From the sequence record PV472050.1: 64,000 nucleotides of DNA; one strand, written 5' to 3'. Position numbers and translations under genes: made by a program. Shown in pieces: positions 10,392 to 20,780 of this stretch (the stretch's first letter is position 1; every line of letters starts with the position of its first letter). Below the pieces are notes generated by a model. It was not told where the DNA came from, searched no databases, and saw nothing but the letters and a program-made list of their open reading frames with translations.

Positions 10392-11648
10392 ATGAGTATT
10401 CTCGATCGCTACACTGGCATGGAAGAGCTTCTGGAGAACGGCGCGGACAACCTCGAAGATGGTGTGACCGAAGCCGCTGTCGAAGAAGTGCGTGCTGACA
10501 TCGCCGAGGTTGTGGCAGAGGTAGAACAGGTCGCGGCTGAAGTCGAAGAACTGCGCGATGACCTGGAAGAGCACGAAGAAGTCGTCGAAGAACTGGCTGA
10601 AGAAGTCGAAGGCCTGGAAAGCATGCTGAGCTCGGGTCAGTTCAGCTCCGTTGGTTTCGCTCACAGCTACAACAAGGCCCTGCGCCTGAACGCCAAGCTG
10701 GGCGGCCAATCCTTCGAACGCCTGGGCGCGGAATCCATCTCCGACGCTGCCACCGCCAAGATCGCTTCGGTGACCGGCGTTGAAGCCTTCATGGACACCG
10801 TGAAGAATGCCGGTAAGAAAGCCGCCGAGTTCATCAAGGCGATCTTCAACACCGTCATCAACTTCTTCGTGGGTCTGTTCAGCACCGCTGCCGGTATCGA
10901 CCGTCGTCGCGCTCAGCTCGCCGACAAACTCGGTAAAGCCGACAAGCTGAAAGAGAAAATCAAGCTGGGCAAATGGAACGTCGGTATCGACTACGCCAAG
11001 AACGGCGCGGACATCCTGGACAAAGGTCCGTTCACCAAAGTCCTGAGCGATTCCCTGCCGGCCTTCATCGACATCGGCAAGAACCTCGACGGCGTCAACG
11101 CCTCCCAGTTCAAGACTGCGTACAACAGCCTGGTCGCTGACGTCAAAGCCGTTGTGAAAGAAACCGGTGGCAATGCCGCTGAGAAAGGTTCCGGTGACAA
11201 GCGTCAAGTCCTGGCTGCACGTGCCGGCTTCGGCATCTACCTGACCTACGAAGAGAAGGTCGATACCGACGAAGACGTCCTGGCTGCTGCGCGTTCCGTC
11301 AAGCTGTCCTTCGGCAAGAACAAGGAAGCCGCCGAGTTCGCCAAAGGCGAAGTGGCTGTCAAGGCAACCAAAGCACAACTGGAAAGCCTGCTGAAAACTG
11401 TGGGCGCTACCGTATCCGTTCTGAAAGACAGCAAGATCAGCCAGAAGTTCTCCAAGGCTGAACGTGACCGTGTCGTCGGCACCCTGAACGCCAAAGGTGG
11501 TGACAAAGACGCCAAGGCTGACACTGACAAGGCGATCAAACTGGTGCGCGCGCTGTACAGCACCGGTGCAAGCCTGACCCAGTCGGTCAACCGTCTGCTG
11601 GCTTACCAAGCCAAGCAATCGCTGGATCTGGTTGCGGCTCACCTGTAA
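10392..11648 (+). CDS. Abundant internal head (inner body/ejection) protein, phiKZ gp93/gp95-like family, 418 aa
   Basis: It has a highly acidic coiled-coil propeptide with several G-x-E sites (GMEE, EGLES, LGAES, TGVEA), a Lys/Ala-rich mature part and strong C-ending codon bias. Confidence 0.75.
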   Translation: MSILDRYTGMEELLENGADNLEDGVTEAAVEEVRADIAEVVAEVEQVAAEVEELRDDLEEHEEVVEELAEEVEGLESMLSSGQFSSVGFAHSYNKALRLNAKLGGQSFERLGAESISDAATAKIASVTGVEAFMDTVKNAGKKAAEFIKAIFNTVINFFVGLFSTAAGIDRRRAQLADKLGKADKLKEKIKLGKWNVGIDYAKNGADILDKGPFTKVLSDSLPAFIDIGKNLDGVNASQFKTAYNSLVADVKAVVKETGGNAAEKGSGDKRQVLAARAGFGIYLTYEEKVDTDEDVLAAARSVKLSFGKNKEAAEFAKGEVAVKATKAQLESLLKTVGATVSVLKDSKISQKFSKAERDRVVGTLNAKGGDKDAKADTDKAIKLVRALYSTGASLTQSVNRLLAYQAKQSLDLVAAHL

Positions 11649-11679
11649 GGTCGAGCGTTAGGATCTATTCCTAGAGGTA

Positions 11680-11711
11680 CTACAGGTAGGGGGATCTCCC
11701 CCTACCTGTAG
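11680..11711 (+). terminator. Terminator-like hairpin (14 bp)
   Basis: CTACAGGTAGGGGG-ATCT-CCCCCTACCTGTAG, just after the 10392 gene. Confidence 0.7.
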
Positions 11712-11775
11712 CCTTTATGTCGCAATACTGTAATTTCGATGCTATGTACTCAACTTGACTATTAGGTTGTTAACG

Positions 11776-12822
11776 ATGAATACGCATCCTGTAGCACCCC
11801 TCCGATACGTGAATTCACCGACGGTGTATGAAGAGTATGAGGAGGATAGGGAGGGTTATGATCTAGTCAACGACGAAACGACTATGGTTGCACTCTCCAG
11901 AGAGAACGACAAGATCAGTGGATTAGAAAGTGTCTACAACTACGTTCTCCACCGACATCAGAATCGGTTGACTGCTTCGACCGGTACTGAGGGGTTTATT
12001 GATTCCGTTAAACACGGTATCAGTAAACTCATTCAAGTGGTTAAGGATTTCTTCAAGTGGATTTGGAGTTTCTTTGGGACCAAAGGGAAAGCCCTGAAAG
12101 ACAAAGGAGATGAACTGGAGGTCGCTCTTAAAGCCAATGGTGTACGGGAGGATGACATTCCGTATCCCAAAGCCGCCTTTTATATCTTCCCTAAAACGGG
12201 CAGGTTACCGTCGAATGTGGGGTGGGTAGGTACCGTCATCGGGGATATTGAGGGTGGGATTAAGACGATTGAACGGTACAGTTCGAGTGTGGGGAACTTC
12301 TGTAAGGAATTGGGTCGTCTGATTGACCATTCGAAATACACGGAATTCAGTACCAAGGGGTATGCCTTCTACCAAGAGGTTAAGGGTCTGTTAGGGGTGA
12401 ATGCGAACCAGGAAGCCACACTGGTGTTTAAAGATGACCTGGTCGTGGGTAAGAACACCGTGGACGTGACGATTAACCTGACGCGGGAACTGGGTGTCTT
12501 GTCGAATGATCGAGTGAAGAACGCGACCTTTAAGACCAATGTCTCGCAGGTACGTGAACTCCTGGTCAAGCACAATCGCCTAACAGAATCCCTCAAGGAC
12601 ATGAACACCAAGGTCCATTCATTGGAGAATGACTTTGTAACGGCGTTAATGGCAAGTCTGGACGTTAAAGAGGCGTCTCCTGAAGCTCAGACTGTCATTA
12701 AGGAGATGAAAGCCGTGATTCGTAATGCCATGGCGAGTCTTAAAGTCATGGAGACGGAAGTGTACCGGAGTGCTAACGCTGTTTACGCGGTGTTGGAAGC
12801 CGCTGTGAAGAGAAGGAGCTAA
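11776..12822 (+). CDS. Internal head protein paralogue (348 aa)
   Basis: 'SGLES...TGTEGFIDSVKHGISKLIQVVKDFFKWIWSFF' parallels 'TGVEAFMDTVKNAGKKAAEFIKAIFNTVINFF' of the 10392 protein. Confidence 0.7.
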   Translation: MNTHPVAPLRYVNSPTVYEEYEEDREGYDLVNDETTMVALSRENDKISGLESVYNYVLHRHQNRLTASTGTEGFIDSVKHGISKLIQVVKDFFKWIWSFFGTKGKALKDKGDELEVALKANGVREDDIPYPKAAFYIFPKTGRLPSNVGWVGTVIGDIEGGIKTIERYSSSVGNFCKELGRLIDHSKYTEFSTKGYAFYQEVKGLLGVNANQEATLVFKDDLVVGKNTVDVTINLTRELGVLSNDRVKNATFKTNVSQVRELLVKHNRLTESLKDMNTKVHSLENDFVTALMASLDVKEASPEAQTVIKEMKAVIRNAMASLKVMETEVYRSANAVYAVLEAAVKRRS

Positions 12823-12827
12823 AGGCT

Positions 12828-13313
12828 ATGCAGCTTAGCTTATTGAATCAATCTGTTGTGGTGAAAGCCGCATTGGGTGATTACACCGGCATTAACCCTC
12901 GGTTTGGGATTACTACGAGGGTTAATGATGCAGTGTTCAAATACATCCCCCATGGAGAACTGCGTCAGGGTGTCCTGATTGAACGCTTGGATCTCGGAGA
13001 GTTCCTAAAGGGGATTCCCCAGGACATTAGCCAGGTGACTTATAAGGAAACGCCTGAGATCGTTGTGAGTCTTCTCCAGGAAAAGCTGGGGGTGGTCCCA
13101 GAGGAACAGGAACCGATTGTTCAACCCAGCACCCCCCTCGTCCTCAAGGAGGATGATCCTCATACCACGTACTTTGAACTCTGGCGGAGTTTTGTAGGGT
13201 TACCCGGTCTCTACCGTCACGAAGTCGACTTGGGCCTGGTTAACGACACTCTCATAATTGACGCACGTTACTCGACGATTTACAAGGGTAATGTCACCGT
13301 TAAGGTTAAGTAA
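12828..13313 (+). CDS. Hypothetical virion protein (161 aa)
   Basis: ORF in the structural operon with tight spacing to its neighbours. Confidence 0.55.
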   Translation: MQLSLLNQSVVVKAALGDYTGINPRFGITTRVNDAVFKYIPHGELRQGVLIERLDLGEFLKGIPQDISQVTYKETPEIVVSLLQEKLGVVPEEQEPIVQPSTPLVLKEDDPHTTYFELWRSFVGLPGLYRHEVDLGLVNDTLIIDARYSTIYKGNVTVKVK

Positions 13314-13320
13314 GGGGACG

Positions 13321-14730
13321 ATGATGAACGCAGCCTATCGTTTAGGTTTGCTGGGGATGATCCTGGGGGAAGTGGGTAAGGACGTTCTCTCCGAGGAGAA
13401 GACCCCCGAATTGATTAGCTACCTGGAGAAACATGGGGTTAGTCAATTAACTGAAGAACACATCATGGGTCAGATTGTCAACACACTGAATATTATCAGT
13501 CGTGAGTTTGACTATTACGACGCCAGTGAGTTGAAAGTGAATGCTGTCCTGGACCGTTACCTGAAGGAAACCCTGAGCAGTATTGAGAATGGAATCTATC
13601 AATTCCCTCGGGACATTTCCATGCTGATTTGTTCGTTGGGGAATAAGGGTGGTGCATTTACGGAGGCGGAAGGAGTAGGTGCACTGATCAGCAAGGGTAA
13701 AGGGTTGGTCAATTACCTGCTGGAACAGGATGAGGATAGTCTGAAGCTCACCCCGGCTGAAGTGTATTCCGCTACCGCGCGTAAACTGGAATACATTGAC
13801 AAGATTCTGAGTTTGGTGGACATCTTCGTAACCTCTCGTCAGGGGCTGTTGGCGGGCTTGGAAGAATATGCGCCGATGGACTACACCTACCTCCATCCGA
13901 TTGAGGTCAATCATTGGGGGGTTCCTGGGTTGGAGTGTGCGGGGGGTGATACCTGTGAATGCGGGTGTGTGCTCGACCATCCGTTGCACGTTCTCCAGGG
14001 TCTGGAAGATTACTTGGACGGTATTCAAAGCACCGACCGTGATTATTTCATGACTGTTGCTGAAATGAACGGGGTTAAACTCCGTTCCATTGAAGGGAGT
14101 GAGGGTCAAGTCTTTGACTCCATTAAAGCGGTTGCTCGGAACGCCTACCAAGCGGCTTTGAGTGGCTGGGAACAACTGAAAGCCTGGTACGAGTCGTCTG
14201 AGAAAGAGAAAGCCGACAACGATGCCGTAGCAAAGACTGGGGAGGACAATAAGAAAGCGGTCCAATCCATGCCCACCAAGAATGTCAGCATCAACGACAA
14301 GGCACGTGAGGGGATTAAGACCCTAGCGGAGAAGGTGGATGTCTCTGGGGCAATGTCTCAGGTTGTGAATCGGCTTCGGACACCCACGGACGTAGGGGGT
14401 GTGATCGATGGATTGTTGGGTCTTCTTAAGAAAGAAGAAGTCAACGGTGAGAAACTCCGGGCTGATAAGAAAGCGGTTGATACCACCCTGGCCGAATTGA
14501 GGAAAGCCTCTCAGCAGACCAGTGGGAATGATGAAGACAAAGAAGCGGTTAGTGCGGCTAAGGCAGCAGTACAGGAAACGGTTAAAGCTGCTAAAGAAGC
14601 CGTTGCGGAGGCCAAGAAGAAGATTGGTGAGCACGATAAGTTGGTTAAAGGTCTTCGTAAAGCCATCAAAGGTATTACACCCCACATCTTTATTAAAGAG
14701 GGTGGGAACACTGGGGGTACGAACACATGA
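13321..14730 (+). CDS. Internal head protein with long propeptide (469 aa)
   Basis: It has clustered G-x-E sites (AGLEE, PGLEC, QGLED, EGSEG), then a Lys/Ala-rich helical C-terminal half. Confidence 0.6.
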   Translation: MMNAAYRLGLLGMILGEVGKDVLSEEKTPELISYLEKHGVSQLTEEHIMGQIVNTLNIISREFDYYDASELKVNAVLDRYLKETLSSIENGIYQFPRDISMLICSLGNKGGAFTEAEGVGALISKGKGLVNYLLEQDEDSLKLTPAEVYSATARKLEYIDKILSLVDIFVTSRQGLLAGLEEYAPMDYTYLHPIEVNHWGVPGLECAGGDTCECGCVLDHPLHVLQGLEDYLDGIQSTDRDYFMTVAEMNGVKLRSIEGSEGQVFDSIKAVARNAYQAALSGWEQLKAWYESSEKEKADNDAVAKTGEDNKKAVQSMPTKNVSINDKAREGIKTLAEKVDVSGAMSQVVNRLRTPTDVGGVIDGLLGLLKKEEVNGEKLRADKKAVDTTLAELRKASQQTSGNDEDKEAVSAAKAAVQETVKAAKEAVAEAKKKIGEHDKLVKGLRKAIKGITPHIFIKEGGNTGGTNT

Positions 14731-15482
14731 AGACACTCCATCCACGTGTCTTGGAACAGATCCAAACACAGCTGCCCAAAGACAGCGTTATCCTGGGTAC
14801 TCAACCTGGAGATGAAGACGTCGGGTATGTGGTGGTTCAGTTGAATAACGACGAAACCATGCTCCCTATTCCGAAGAAGGATATTGGGGATTACATGGGA
14901 GTCAGTATTCCTGAACTCCCGGTGGCTGACCAAGAACCGTTGGCTCAGGTGTTTAAACGGCTCAGTAACACGTTTAAACTCTTCCTCGTGGAAGGGGTGG
15001 ACTATACGGTTCCGGAAGGGAAAGTAGACCTGCCCAAGAATGCACCTTCTCCTTTCCAGATGGTCACCCTGGAGATCGCTCCGACCAGTATCCTGTGGAA
15101 AGGACGCCTGGTCCTTAAACTGCTCAATAAAGCCCGCTTAGGCCCTTCGGGGATTCTTAAAGCCACCGACTTGGATACCCCTCGTCTCCAGATGGCGTTA
15201 AGTTCTAAAATCTTCCAGGGGAATGGGAACCTCTTTACGGAGAACCGGTCTCGGTTGTCTGACACCTTCTGTCAGCAGGTGGTGGATTACCTGAACTCCG
15301 TTAAGATCCAGTCGGTTACGGTGGATCGGTTGAAAGGGGGAGAACTGATCGATAACGTATCGGATTGTTTCTCAGGCTTGGTGATCATTAAGCTTGAGGA
15401 GGGTCCTCATCTGTTTATTCGGTACCGTTCCGAAGGGGAAGAAGATCCCCAACCATCGCCCGGTGACGTAGACCCGGAATAA
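14727..15482 (+). CDS. Hypothetical virion protein (251 aa)
   Basis: ATGA overlap with the upstream gene; followed by a hairpin. Confidence 0.55.
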   Translation: MKTLHPRVLEQIQTQLPKDSVILGTQPGDEDVGYVVVQLNNDETMLPIPKKDIGDYMGVSIPELPVADQEPLAQVFKRLSNTFKLFLVEGVDYTVPEGKVDLPKNAPSPFQMVTLEIAPTSILWKGRLVLKLLNKARLGPSGILKATDLDTPRLQMALSSKIFQGNGNLFTENRSRLSDTFCQQVVDYLNSVKIQSVTVDRLKGGELIDNVSDCFSGLVIIKLEEGPHLFIRYRSEGEEDPQPSPGDVDPE

Positions 15483-15498
15483 CCAACGTCTGGTACTG

Positions 15499-15530
15499 GG
15501 GAGGGAGAAGGGGGGAACCCCTCTCCCTCC
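15499..15530 (+). terminator. Terminator-like hairpin
   Basis: GGAGGGAG...CTCCCTCC inverted repeat just after the stop at 15482. Confidence 0.55.
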
Positions 15531-15556
15531 TAGACCACATCGTGCAGGCAGTGAAT

Positions 15557-17050
15557 ATGCTTAAAACTTTTGTTGAATGCGAAGAAAACTACGACGCTTA
15601 TTTGCGTCCTGCGATTTATGATTCCATTAAGGCTGTATTGAACTTCTACGGGTTAGACTCCGCCACCGCCATTTACTACAACGGTGAGAATGAGATTGCG
15701 AAGACCGTAGGGAGTAATATGAGCGACGGCCCTCATGCAGATCGGTACACAGATGGGATTTTCAGGAACAAGATCTTTATTGTTCCTGAGGTGAACCGTA
15801 GTGAAGCCTGGACGAACCGTCGTCAGATGGTAGAACGACCCGTACTGTACAACAAGGAACTGGGTATCCTGTTGTGCCCTACGTTTGAGAACAAACGGAT
15901 TGATGTCAAAGTCGTGTCGATGTTCAACTCGGAGAACACCGCTCGGCAGATGAAAGACCGTATGAACCGGCTCAAGGAGAACCAAGTCGTTGACTTCACC
16001 TTCTCCCCAACGACTCATATGGTCATTAATCCTCCTATTCTGGAATTCCTGGAGGTGATTTACGACCTCTTGAAGAAGAACAACCCGTCGGTACCCGACC
16101 CGTCTGAATGGCTGGGTGAGATGTGGCAATTTCCGGTGCGTGTGATCAGTAACGTAGCGGGTAACCACAAACGGGTAGTTATCCCGCTTAAACAGAACCG
16201 AGTCGGTATTCAGTTCTCCGAACCCTTTGTAGCGAAGACGAATAAGAGCGCGACCTATGGTCGGTGGGAAGTGGAGTTTACGTACAGCTTCTTCTTCAAT
16301 GATTTCATTGGGTGGGAGTTTGAGTATCCCCTGAACATTTATCAGGATGAAATACCCAGTCAGTATATTCCGAGGGTCCAACCTCAACATGAATTACCGG
16401 AGTTCATTAAAGCCGCTCCTGAAGTAGAAGCCGGACGGGAGATTATGTTCCCGGAAGGGTTCAGACACACCCCCTTCTATTTGAAGCTGCCTAAGCATGA
16501 CCCTTGGGCGTGGCCGAACTTTGATTGGATGCAACCGGTGATCCAAGCCCGACTCAAAGTCGAGGATGAACCCACTCAGGTACTTTGTAACCTGTTTGAT
16601 ATTCCTGACTTTGTTTGGTATGACAATGCCAAGGCGTATTTACTTCGTCGTCATGCAGTTGCCTTCCAGCATTTTGAAACCCCTTTTCTGATTCAAGTCT
16701 TTGAAAATGACCAGTTAATTGCCCCTGAACACCTGACCCTGGATGAGAAGGGGTCTATAACGCTCCACAGCAGGCCTGTTTTAAACAAAACGTACCGAGT
16801 AGTGGTAACCCTCGACTATGCGATAAGAGACTATTCTGACGCATTCTGGAGCGATTTAATCGATCATCCTGAAGACTGGGGTATTTTGCCTCAGATCTTT
16901 GATTGGTTCGATTTCAGTGAAGTACCTGAACCGTGGTACTTACACATCAACTACCTCCGGAAACACATCCATAAGGGATGGGGTCGTTGGACCGAGCGCT
17001 TTAACCGATATGAGATGGGCTTTGGCTTGTGGGCCTACCGGAACGATTAA
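15557..17050 (+). CDS. Virion structural protein (phiKZ gp98-like), about 497 aa
   Basis: Long ORF, first of a four-gene conserved block. The start could be GTG 15542 or ATG 15557. The assignment is from synteny. Confidence 0.55.
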   Translation: MLKTFVECEENYDAYLRPAIYDSIKAVLNFYGLDSATAIYYNGENEIAKTVGSNMSDGPHADRYTDGIFRNKIFIVPEVNRSEAWTNRRQMVERPVLYNKELGILLCPTFENKRIDVKVVSMFNSENTARQMKDRMNRLKENQVVDFTFSPTTHMVINPPILEFLEVIYDLLKKNNPSVPDPSEWLGEMWQFPVRVISNVAGNHKRVVIPLKQNRVGIQFSEPFVAKTNKSATYGRWEVEFTYSFFFNDFIGWEFEYPLNIYQDEIPSQYIPRVQPQHELPEFIKAAPEVEAGREIMFPEGFRHTPFYLKLPKHDPWAWPNFDWMQPVIQARLKVEDEPTQVLCNLFDIPDFVWYDNAKAYLLRRHAVAFQHFETPFLIQVFENDQLIAPEHLTLDEKGSITLHSRPVLNKTYRVVVTLDYAIRDYSDAFWSDLIDHPEDWGILPQIFDWFDFSEVPEPWYLHINYLRKHIHKGWGRWTERFNRYEMGFGLWAYRND

Positions 17051-17065
17051 GAAGGAAATGAAACC

Positions 17066-18361
17066 ATGTCTCTGGATATTAACCCTATCGGAAGGGATAT
17101 TCCGATTGAACCTGAAACGCCCCGGATCTACAGCGAGACGTATCGGCATTCCATTGTGGATTCCGTTTGGCAACCCGAACAGAGCCTGCTCTCTGAAGTT
17201 GAAGGCCGTCCTCGTCTCTGTCAGTACTTCCGTCAATTCCTGAATCCAGGTGAAGAACCTAAACCCTTCTACCCTGGAAACACCGATACGTATCAGAGTT
17301 ACGTGCGTATTGACCGGTTACCTCTCAAGATCGATGGGGATGAGACGTTTAACTTTGATCCTCAGACCGGTGAATCCACCAAGATCTTTAACTTCTGGTT
17401 TACCACCGACGCCAACCCTATTCGCCATGATGTGTTTATTGTGGACATTGGGGATGGTCGAGCGGGGCTCTTTGCGTGTACGGAACAACCGGAGATCCGT
17501 AATTTCACCGCAAATAAGGTGTACTTCGTTACCGCGGTATTGAGGGGTATTCTCGACCAGGAGACGGATACCATTCTCCAAGGACGGGTGGTCCAACACC
17601 GTGTGTATTCCAAAGATTCTGTACTCCATGGAGGGGCTTCCCTGATTACTAAAGGGGAAGAGGAGGTTGGACAGAAACTCTTCCAGTGGAATCAAACCAT
17701 CGCGAGTCATATCCTGAAACGGTTCTACTGGAACCCTGAACGGACCATTGTGTTCGATAAGAAGGGGACTAATGAGAAGGATAAGGTGTATGACCCTTAT
17801 CTGGTGAACTTCCTGTCTGCGTTCATTACCCCGGACATGCGGCAGAACTACCCACCCATTAACCAGTTCTCGGTTCAGTACGGGGGATTGGAGTACAGTC
17901 GGTGGGGAACGAACAACATTTGGGAAGTGTTGTTGAGGGGGGATTTGAATCTCTTGAAGGTGTGCGACAACAAAGCCGCCTTGGTGGAAGTAACCCGGTT
18001 AATGAACAGCCGGTTGTATGGTAACCTGTCGTCGAGTAAGATCCGGTGGTTCGTGACCACCAACCCTAAGGACTTCATTGCGTATCGGGTTCATTTCAAT
18101 ATGGATGGGTATCCCATTGTTATTCCCGGGAAACAAGAGGACATCACGTACCTCTTTAGCCAAGGTTTCTACCATGGGAAACCCGAAGGCGCCTTTGAGA
18201 GCCTCCTGTACCGAACCCTTACCACGAAAATCACGGATCATAAAGAACTCTTAGCCTATTGCGAAGGGTACTTTGATAAGGAACCGGTGGAACAACTGTA
18301 CGAAGGGGCTATTCTGCTGATGTTGCTGAAGTACGCGCGTAAATTTGGAGGTCCGCTATGA
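17066..18361 (+). CDS. Virion structural protein (phiKZ gp99-like), 431 aa
   Basis: AAGGA RBS upstream; lies in the conserved block. The assignment is from synteny. Confidence 0.55.
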   Translation: MSLDINPIGRDIPIEPETPRIYSETYRHSIVDSVWQPEQSLLSEVEGRPRLCQYFRQFLNPGEEPKPFYPGNTDTYQSYVRIDRLPLKIDGDETFNFDPQTGESTKIFNFWFTTDANPIRHDVFIVDIGDGRAGLFACTEQPEIRNFTANKVYFVTAVLRGILDQETDTILQGRVVQHRVYSKDSVLHGGASLITKGEEEVGQKLFQWNQTIASHILKRFYWNPERTIVFDKKGTNEKDKVYDPYLVNFLSAFITPDMRQNYPPINQFSVQYGGLEYSRWGTNNIWEVLLRGDLNLLKVCDNKAALVEVTRLMNSRLYGNLSSSKIRWFVTTNPKDFIAYRVHFNMDGYPIVIPGKQEDITYLFSQGFYHGKPEGAFESLLYRTLTTKITDHKELLAYCEGYFDKEPVEQLYEGAILLMLLKYARKFGGPL

Positions 18362-19092
18362 GCATGCCCTTAAGTCGGTATAACACCATACGCACCCGAC
18401 TAATCGAACTCTACAACATTCTGAATAACCGGTCCTTCGATGTGTGGGTAACTCCTGCAATGCTCATGAGTTTGGAAGAACTCCGGGATCGGGAAGAATA
18501 CTCCCAGGAGGGGTTCGTTGGAGATCCGAATTACTACAACGAATACCAAGTTCGACGGATGAGTGTTCCCAGGATCATTGATATCCTACCTAACTTGTCC
18601 AGTGAGAAGGATTTGGGATTCAGGGAACCTCAGATTGTGATTCCGTTGATCTACGAATCCATCCAGGAGTACATTTGCCTCTGGTGTGAACTCTTTAAGA
18701 AAGCTCCGGAGTTTCCAACACCCTCCATTGATGAACTCCGTAAACTGGAACTCCTGGCGTATACCCTCTTTAACTTCTACAAACGGATTAAACCGTACCT
18801 GGATAAGAAGAAACTACGGGAACTGGGGGGTGATGTTCAAGAGACCGATAAACGGAACCTAATGCAGTTGTCAGCGCTGTTTAGCATCAACGCCATGGGA
18901 ACCCCTAAAGCAGAGATCAGTTTCGTCAGTCATTTGGATGAACTCTTCGGGGATGATACGTTGAACCCGGGTCTCTCACTCAGCGAACAGCCGTATATCA
19001 CGAACAAAGCCGTAGCGGACAGTTTAGCCGCACAGGATACACCTGAAGATCTCGGTCCTTGGCTGTTCAATAAACCAACAGGAATACTGTGA
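18358..19092 (+). CDS. Conserved hypothetical protein (phiKZ gp100-like), 244 aa
   Basis: Coupled to both neighbours by overlapping start/stop codons. Confidence 0.55.
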   Translation: MSMPLSRYNTIRTRLIELYNILNNRSFDVWVTPAMLMSLEELRDREEYSQEGFVGDPNYYNEYQVRRMSVPRIIDILPNLSSEKDLGFREPQIVIPLIYESIQEYICLWCELFKKAPEFPTPSIDELRKLELLAYTLFNFYKRIKPYLDKKKLRELGGDVQETDKRNLMQLSALFSINAMGTPKAEISFVSHLDELFGDDTLNPGLSLSEQPYITNKAVADSLAAQDTPEDLGPWLFNKPTGIL

Positions 19093-20432
19093 GTATGGAA
19101 TTACCACGTCCATTAGCTAACTTAATCGCCTTAGCAAACTCGGTGAATACACAACGGTCGGATAAGAAGATCCGACTGTTCGCAACGATCATTACTCCAG
19201 TGGAACAGATTGAACTGATTATCCCCACGGGGATGGCTCGGTTGTCGATGTATTCAGCGAACTGTTCCGATGACTGGCGTATTCAGGGCAACTTGCAACC
19301 CGGGGTTTACCTGAACCGAATCCTGCCCTATAAGGACAATCTCTTTATTGAAGTGGTCGAACGTCAAGGCCTTCATCAAACCATGAGTCGGTTCCGGTGT
19401 ATCCCCTTGAGTGACTCGAACCCTGAGATGGCCGGTAACAGTGTCCATTTGGCTCACCTGGAAGGTAAGGACAGTATTAACCTGATAACGGTTAAGTTCC
19501 AGATGATTGAACTGGGGTACGCTTTGCTGAAGAATGAGATGGTGTCTGACAAGCACTTAATGACCACCTTGGATGACGCGCTCCACTACCAACTCACCAA
19601 ATACGGTAAGCAACTTCAGTTGACGGGTAAGGATGCCTTTAGAGGGGTGGACATTGAACGCCCTATTGATAACCCTCGGGTCTTTAAGTTGATCGATATA
19701 CCGTCTGCGGTGCCTTTACCCCAGTTAGGGATGTGGATGCAGACCCATGAGGAGTTTGGGATCTATACCAAAGGCTTTGGGATGTATTACCAGAAAGGCC
19801 TTTGGATGATTTACCCGCTCTTCAAGATCGGTCGGTATGAGAACGGTAAACGGGTACTGAGTATTTATCGACTACCCCCTGATGCAGTCCCTACCCTCCA
19901 CGCCACGTACTTCACCCAAGACCGGGTTACAACGATCCTGGCAACCGGTACAGGTCGCCATGTGGATGGGGCTGACATTGATCGTCAGAATGAGGGTACG
20001 GGTAAACGGCTGATCAATTCGGACGCTGTCATGGGTGAAGTGGGTAACTACTACGCTAAGGGTCAGTCCGCATCTACCCGTCCTGATTCCCTCTCCGAAT
20101 ACCAAACCGCTAAGCGGAGCAGTGGGGAGGAGATTATACCCTTTGAACCGACTCCTACCAATAACCTCTGTAAGCACTTATCCGTGAATGCTTACAATGA
20201 TGGGACATTGGAAACGATTCAGTGGAATAACTCGAACAGGGACTTACTAGAACCGGGTATGCCTGTACGGTTCTTCTTTATGAGTGGGGATGATCGCTTG
20301 AAGTACAAGGAGGGTACTCTGATTGGTGCTCGTACTGAACTCATGAAGGATACGGAAAGTCCAGATATTATCTTCAGGGAACATTCTGCTTTAACCCTCT
20401 TCTTGAATGATAAGGTGTTTGATGCTCCTTAG
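19089..20432 (+). CDS. Baseplate hub-like virion protein (phiKZ gp101-like), about 447 aa
   Basis: Last gene of the conserved block, with a beta-rich composition. The assignment is from recalled synteny. Confidence 0.55.
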   Translation: MSMELPRPLANLIALANSVNTQRSDKKIRLFATIITPVEQIELIIPTGMARLSMYSANCSDDWRIQGNLQPGVYLNRILPYKDNLFIEVVERQGLHQTMSRFRCIPLSDSNPEMAGNSVHLAHLEGKDSINLITVKFQMIELGYALLKNEMVSDKHLMTTLDDALHYQLTKYGKQLQLTGKDAFRGVDIERPIDNPRVFKLIDIPSAVPLPQLGMWMQTHEEFGIYTKGFGMYYQKGLWMIYPLFKIGRYENGKRVLSIYRLPPDAVPTLHATYFTQDRVTTILATGTGRHVDGADIDRQNEGTGKRLINSDAVMGEVGNYYAKGQSASTRPDSLSEYQTAKRSSGEEIIPFEPTPTNNLCKHLSVNAYNDGTLETIQWNNSNRDLLEPGMPVRFFFMSGDDRLKYKEGTLIGARTELMKDTESPDIIFREHSALTLFLNDKVFDAP

Positions 20433-20780
20433 GTAATTTATCACTTAATGTATTTATTGTATTGTAAACTGGCTGACAAGCAGTGGGGAAAGGGGTTTAT
20501 TTCCTAATAAAGAGTGGAGTAGTTACGGAGTAACTACGACTTCCTTGTTCTCTCTTTTGATCTTTCTCTATTCTCTTTAGATCTTTCTTTTGATCTATAC
20601 GGAATACAGAGAGAGAGGGAAGAGAGGGAATACCCCCTTATACCCCCGGAAGGGGGATGAGGAAAAAGGAGAGAGAACCGTAGGTTAATCAGTATTCCAA
20701 CACGTTCTGATTAATACATTCAGCAAGCAGAGCTGAGAAGATTGCTCTGCCATTACTGATTCACTACCGGAGTAAATACC

